Source: Candidatus Spongiisociaceae bacterium (GTDB taxonomy: Bacteria; Actinomycetota; Acidimicrobiia; Spongiisociales; Spongiisociaceae). From it: a stretch of 64,000 bases of DNA. The translations under genes and the position numbers were made by a program. Below are positions 58,222 to 64,000 of this stretch, one piece after another. Position 1 is the stretch's first letter, and each line of letters starts with the position of its first letter. The notes under the pieces were generated by a model, which was not told where the DNA came from, ran no database searches, and was given only the letters and a program-made list of their open reading frames with translations. The stretch spans positions 640,001 through 704,000 of the forward strand of contig OZ241841.1 of NCBI GenBank assembly GCA_965202665.1, written 5' to 3'.

Positions 58222-58327
58222 CCCGCCTTTCCCCACAATCAGCGGGGGCGGGAAAATATAGTTTCCCCCATCCGGTAACCTGGGCCGGTCTGTATAGTTG
58301 AACCTACTATCCGAGGGAGGAGCCTCA

Positions 58328-58561
58328 ATGGTCGAAGCCTATGTTCTCATCCAAACCGAAGTCGGCAAGGCGAAGGTGGTCGCCGAGCAAGTGGGGATCA
58401 TCGACGGGGTCATCTCCGCCCAGGACGTCACCGGGCCCTACGATGTGGTGGTGCGGGCCGAGGCGGAGGACGTGGACGCACTGGGCCGGTTGGTGGTGGC
58501 CAAAATCCAAGCGGTGAACGGCATCACCCGCACCCTGACCTGCCCGGTGGTCAACCTCTGA
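58328..58561 (+). CDS. Lrp/AsnC ligand-binding domain protein
   Basis: MVEAYVLIQTEVGK, VTGPYDVV, ITRTLTCPV; GGAGG SD. Confidence 0.92.
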   Translation: MVEAYVLIQTEVGKAKVVAEQVGIIDGVISAQDVTGPYDVVVRAEAEDVDALGRLVVAKIQAVNGITRTLTCPVVNL

Positions 58562-58569
58562 ACCGAACC

Positions 58570-59646
58570 TCACCCCAGTTTGCGGGCGATGGAGGCGGCG
58601 TCCCGTAGGGCTTTTCCGTCCGCTCCGGCGGTGGAAAAACGGCGGGGGGGCATCGACTCCAACTCGTCCCACAGGTCGCAGGCCAGACGGGAACGGTCGA
58701 TGGGCGGGTCCACCCACAGATAGAGGGAAAGGCTGCCGGGAATGGTGTTGGCCTCGTTGAGCCACACCTCCCCGTCCCGCTCCAAAAAGTCGAGACGGGC
58801 CATGGAACGGACGCCGGCCAGCCCGGCCGCCTCCGTAGCCAGCGTCCGGATGGCGTCTTCCGTCTCCGGAGGGAGTCGGGCGGGCAGTTCCCGCTCCGAT
58901 CCTTCAATGCCGCCCCCGGACAAGTATTTTTCCTCATATCCGTAGAAAGCCCCGCTCCGGGGGGCTTCGATGGCCGACAACTGCAACTCCGGGTAGGTGC
59001 GCACCGCCACGTTCAGGTCGCGGCTCCCCTCCAAATAGGGTTCGAGGACCGCCCCCCGGCTCATATGGGGGGAGGAGGCGGCCAATGCGAGGGCGGTCGG
59101 ATAGTCGTCCGCGATTTCAATCCCGATGGAGGAGCCGCCGAAACGGGGTTTGACGATGAACGGCGGGGGAAAGCCGGGAGGGTCGTCGGGCGCCGCCGGG
59201 CGGCGGGGCAGGGTGGGCAAACCGGCCGCGGCCATCACCGCCCCAAAGGCCAGTTTGTCCATGCACAGGGCGGAATGGGCGGCGTCGGGACCGGAGTAGC
59301 GAATGCCCGCCAAATCCAGCGCCCCTTGCAGGGAACCGTCCTCCCCCGGGGCCCCATGGCAGCACAGCAAGGCCCGATCCACCCCCAAAGGGCGACGTTT
59401 GGCGTACCAGCCCTCCCCCGGCCCGGCCGCGAAACTTAATTCTACGGCTTTGCGGGGGGGGCCGTCCGCAAAATCGGAGGCCTCGTTGTCGGGCGAAACG
59501 CGGAACCAACGCCCGGTCTTGGACCAGTAGATGACCTCCGGCTCCCGCCCCGCCTCGGCCAACAACCGGGCCATCTGCAACCCGGTGAGAATGCTGATGT
59601 CATGCTCGGGCGACGGACCGCCGAACACCACCGCCGCACCCGACAA
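58570..59646 (-). CDS. ddl: D-alanine-D-alanine ligase family protein (divergent)
   Basis: FGGPSPEHDIS, HGAPGEDG, MDK, VKPRFGGSSIG, YEEKY, RLDF, NEANTIPG. Confidence 0.85.
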   Translation of the reverse strand: MSGAAVVFGGPSPEHDISILTGLQMARLLAEAGREPEVIYWSKTGRWFRVSPDNEASDFADGPPRKAVELSFAAGPGEGWYAKRRPLGVDRALLCCHGAPGEDGSLQGALDLAGIRYSGPDAAHSALCMDKLAFGAVMAAAGLPTLPRRPAAPDDPPGFPPPFIVKPRFGGSSIGIEIADDYPTALALAASSPHMSRGAVLEPYLEGSRDLNVAVRTYPELQLSAIEAPRSGAFYGYEEKYLSGGGIEGSERELPARLPPETEDAIRTLATEAAGLAGVRSMARLDFLERDGEVWLNEANTIPGSLSLYLWVDPPIDRSRLACDLWDELESMPPRRFSTAGADGKALRDAASIARKLG

Positions 59647-59879
59647 TTTTCCCTCCCCGTTCTCGAGCCATCCGCCCCGGGCGACAGCCGCAGGACAACG
59701 GATACTCTACCCCGCCCCCGCAAAAACCCCGGCATCCCCCCGCGGGCGAAGAAATTCCGGGATTCGGACGCAACCATTCCCTCCTCCATATAGATTTGTC
59801 GCACACGCCTTCTAGACCGAAAGGCGATAACCCCTAACAGGGGGCGTACCAGCCCCCACCGAGCATGGAGGAAAGAAAA

Positions 59880-61470
<1,591 letters not shown>

Positions 61471-61507
61471 TATCCCTCCTCCTCTTTGAGAAGGCGGGAT
61501 AGCAAGG

Positions 61508-63082
61508 TTAGGGGTAGTGGTCGGGGAGGTCGTTTTCGTATAGTACGGCGTCGCCGGGGCCTAGGTGGGCGCGCACCCATGCTACGGCTTGCTCCCGGTT
61601 GGGGACCAGAATCACCCGGGCTTTTCCTTCTTCGGCTCCGGAACGGAGGGCTTGGCGGTTGGCGTGGCCCACTATCACCAAAAAGTCGGCCGTTTGTCCG
61701 GCGGTCGCCCCCAGACGCTGGTTCTCCCCGAACTGGCGGGGGCCCAACTCCACCATGCCCGGGGTCACCACCGCCTTCCTGCCCGTCGCATCTCCCAGGC
61801 CCGCCAACAGTTTCAGGGCGCGGGCGGCCCCGTCCGGGTTGGAATTAAAAGTATCGTCGAGGATCTCAAAGCCCGCCTCCGACCTCCTTACCGACTGGCG
61901 ATGCTCCACCCCCCGCAGGTTCGCCGCCCGCTCCGCTACCCGCTCCACCGGAACCCCCAACTCCAAAGCAACCGCCGCCGCGCAGGCCAAGTTGGCGGCG
62001 AACAACCCGGCCGCCGCCTCCCCCGCCGCCTCCCCCGCCACTTCCAGCGCCAACCGCTCCCCCTCCGCCCGCACCCGCACATCCGCCGCCCCCTCCCCGG
62101 TCCCGCACCTCCGCACCTCGGGCCCGTCCGACCCGGCCTGCAAGCGATCGGCCAGCTCCGCCAACTGGGGATGGTCCACGTTCAAAACCACCACCTCGGC
62201 GGACTGGGCGATCTCCGACTTGGCGGCCACGATGCGCTCCACCGTCCGGAAACGCTGCAAATGCACGGGCCCGATGGCGGTGATCACCGCAATCCGGGGG
62301 GGAATCCAACCGCACATTTCGGCGATCTCCCCCGGCCCGTAGGTTCCCATCTCGGCCACGAAAACTTCGGCGTCCGGAGTCAGATGGTCGTTTACCGCCC
62401 GGGCCAACCCCAGGCGGTTGTTGAAACTGGCCGGGCTGGCCACCACCCGCCGGTCGCCCTCCGCCAAATGGCGCACGTACTGCTTGGTGGAGGTTTTCCC
62501 GTAACTGCCGGTGATCCCCACCACGGTGGGCGACACCCGTCGCAAGGCGGCGGCGGCCCGGCGGACGTACTTGCCACTCAGGCGCTTCTCCAACGGAGCC
62601 GCCGCCCACAACGCCGCATCCGTCATCGGAACCAACAAAGCCGCCCCTATCGGGGCCAGCGCCCCCCATAGTCCGGAACGAGCGGTGAGGGCCGCCGCCA
62701 ACCCCGCCAACCCCAGCGAAACCCCCGCCGTCGCCAACCCGGCGAGGACCGCCAGCCGCCGCAACCGGGCCGTCCAAACCAACCGGGCGGTGCGGCCCCG
62801 CACGGCCAACCCCGCCGGGTAAAAGAAAACGGCCAGCACCGCCGCCCCCCGCCACGCGTGATCCAGCCAGCCCCGGCCGGGCAGGGCGAACCAACCCGCC
62901 GCCGCCAAAGACGGGACTACGGACAAAATCCGGTTGAGGACGCCCGTCCGCCGCCACAACCAACATATGGACAAGGCCGAACCGGGCAAATAATGCTCCC
63001 GTTGCGCCACCCGCAGCCACCGCGCCCCCGACCAAGCCAAGGCCGCCGCGCCCGCCGCCTCCCACAACCAGTCCGCCGTCAT
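61508..63082 (-). CDS. murF: Membrane-anchored MurF-like Mur ligase
   Basis: N-terminal TM helices with WTAR.RRL, GITGSYGKTSTK, SFNN, EMG, HLQRF, DDTFNSNP, TPGMVELG, ENDLPD. Confidence 0.85.
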   Translation of the reverse strand: MTADWLWEAAGAAALAWSGARWLRVAQREHYLPGSALSICWLWRRTGVLNRILSVVPSLAAAGWFALPGRGWLDHAWRGAAVLAVFFYPAGLAVRGRTARLVWTARLRRLAVLAGLATAGVSLGLAGLAAALTARSGLWGALAPIGAALLVPMTDAALWAAAPLEKRLSGKYVRRAAAALRRVSPTVVGITGSYGKTSTKQYVRHLAEGDRRVVASPASFNNRLGLARAVNDHLTPDAEVFVAEMGTYGPGEIAEMCGWIPPRIAVITAIGPVHLQRFRTVERIVAAKSEIAQSAEVVVLNVDHPQLAELADRLQAGSDGPEVRRCGTGEGAADVRVRAEGERLALEVAGEAAGEAAAGLFAANLACAAAVALELGVPVERVAERAANLRGVEHRQSVRRSEAGFEILDDTFNSNPDGAARALKLLAGLGDATGRKAVVTPGMVELGPRQFGENQRLGATAGQTADFLVIVGHANRQALRSGAEEGKARVILVPNREQAVAWVRAHLGPGDAVLYENDLPDHYP

Positions 63083-63083
63083 C

Positions 63084-63863
63084 TCACCCGCCGCCCGGCC
63101 CGGACCCGGATTGCCCGGTTTCGTCCAGCAACTCTTCGATCGCCCGGCGCAAGCGGTCGGGGGCGGAACGGGGCAGGTCGTGCCCCACCCCCTCCAAAAC
63201 CTGCAACGGGGCGCCGCCCAAAATTTCCGCTACGCGGCGGGCGACGGCTACCGGAACCTGGCCGTCGTCGGCCCCCCACAGCAGGCGCACCGGGCAGGAC
63301 AGCCGGGACAACTCCTCCTCGTAGGATTCGTTCACCGCCATAACCAGCACCTCCCGCATCACCCCGGTGGCCGCCCGGTAGTCAGCCGAACCCCGCCGGT
63401 TCCGCTCCGCCTCCAACCGCTCCTCGCTGATCAGGCCCAGCCGACGCGCCCAGCGCGCCATCCGAAAAGCGGGCGACATGCGGGGCCGGGGCCCGTCGGC
63501 CGGGGAACGGGCCAACAAGGGGGCCCCGGTCAGGACCAGCCCGGCCGCCGCCCCGGGACGGGCGGCCGCCAAAACCGTCGCCACCCGCCCCCCAAAGGAA
63601 TGTCCGACCACCACCGGCGGGCGGGGAAACTCGGCCGCCGCCGCGGCCGCTATACGGGCGTATCCGGCCGCCCCCATCGGCGCGGCGGGGGGAGGGCTAA
63701 CCCCGAAACCGGGCAGGTCCAGGCTGACCGCGTCCAACCCGTCCAAAACCCGGTGGAAGTCGCGGCGGTCCCGTCCCCACCCGTGCAAAGCCAGCACCCG
63801 CGGTTCCCCGCTTCCGTAAACCTCGCCGAAAACGGCGCCGCCGGCGAAAACTTTCAGGGGCAA
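63084..63863 (-). CDS. Alpha/beta-fold hydrolase
   Basis: LHGWG, DLPGFG, GHSFGG, GSADY, WGADD, GHD. Confidence 0.9.
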   Translation of the reverse strand: MPLKVFAGGAVFGEVYGSGEPRVLALHGWGRDRRDFHRVLDGLDAVSLDLPGFGVSPPPAAPMGAAGYARIAAAAAAEFPRPPVVVGHSFGGRVATVLAAARPGAAAGLVLTGAPLLARSPADGPRPRMSPAFRMARWARRLGLISEERLEAERNRRGSADYRAATGVMREVLVMAVNESYEEELSRLSCPVRLLWGADDGQVPVAVARRVAEILGGAPLQVLEGVGHDLPRSAPDRLRRAIEELLDETGQSGSGPGGG

Positions 63864-63905
63864 ACCGGCCCTCCCGCCCGCTCCCCGCCCACCCGGGGCC
63901 GGAAG

Positions 63906-64000
63906 CTAAGAGGACGGGGCGCCGGCGACCGCCACGGCATGAAACCCCGCATCCACCCGCACCACCTCCCCGGTCACTTTGGCGGCGAAGTCGGACATCA
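63906..64000 (-). CDS. fabI: C-terminal fragment of enoyl-ACP reductase (FabI-like SDR)
   Basis: Minus-strand translation MSDFAAKVTGEVVRVDAGFHAV..* resembles the FabI C-terminus; truncated by the window edge. Confidence 0.7.
   Translation of the reverse strand, partial: MSDFAAKVTGEVVRVDAGFHAVAVAGAPSS

Overview
GC-rich bacterial chromosome segment with actinobacterial gene content and order (guaB3-guaA-pcrA-B12-binding protein-sucCD-purH-folD; recG-rsmD-coaD; Lrp/AsnC-ddl). An Acidimicrobiia-like lineage is my inference, not established. Housekeeping blocks (0.5-14.4 kb and 53-64 kb) flank a ~34 kb accessory catabolic region (19-53 kb). It carries a dimethylformamidase-like enzyme, a CocE/SDR/phosphotriesterase trio, a peptide-type ABC importer, three class-III aminotransferases, two glutamine-synthetase-like gamma-glutamylamide ligases, a class-I glutamine amidotransferase, PLP aldolase/dehydratases and hydantoinase/oxoprolinase A+B. 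Four solitary AT-richer defence/TA-like genes are wedged between host genes. Most notable: (i) a DNA methyltransferase-Mrr-like fusion whose SD-led ATG is separated from the gene body by a (GA)28 tract that currently puts it out of frame (candidate phase-variable switch, OFF); (ii) a stand-alone protein of three tandem copies of the PcrA C-terminal RNA-polymerase-binding Tudor domain, directly downstream of pcrA; (iii) several genes that appear to start at ATC/ATA/CTG codons. No rRNA, tRNA, CRISPR array, integrase or transposase was recognised. All family calls come from motif recognition by eye, not database searches.
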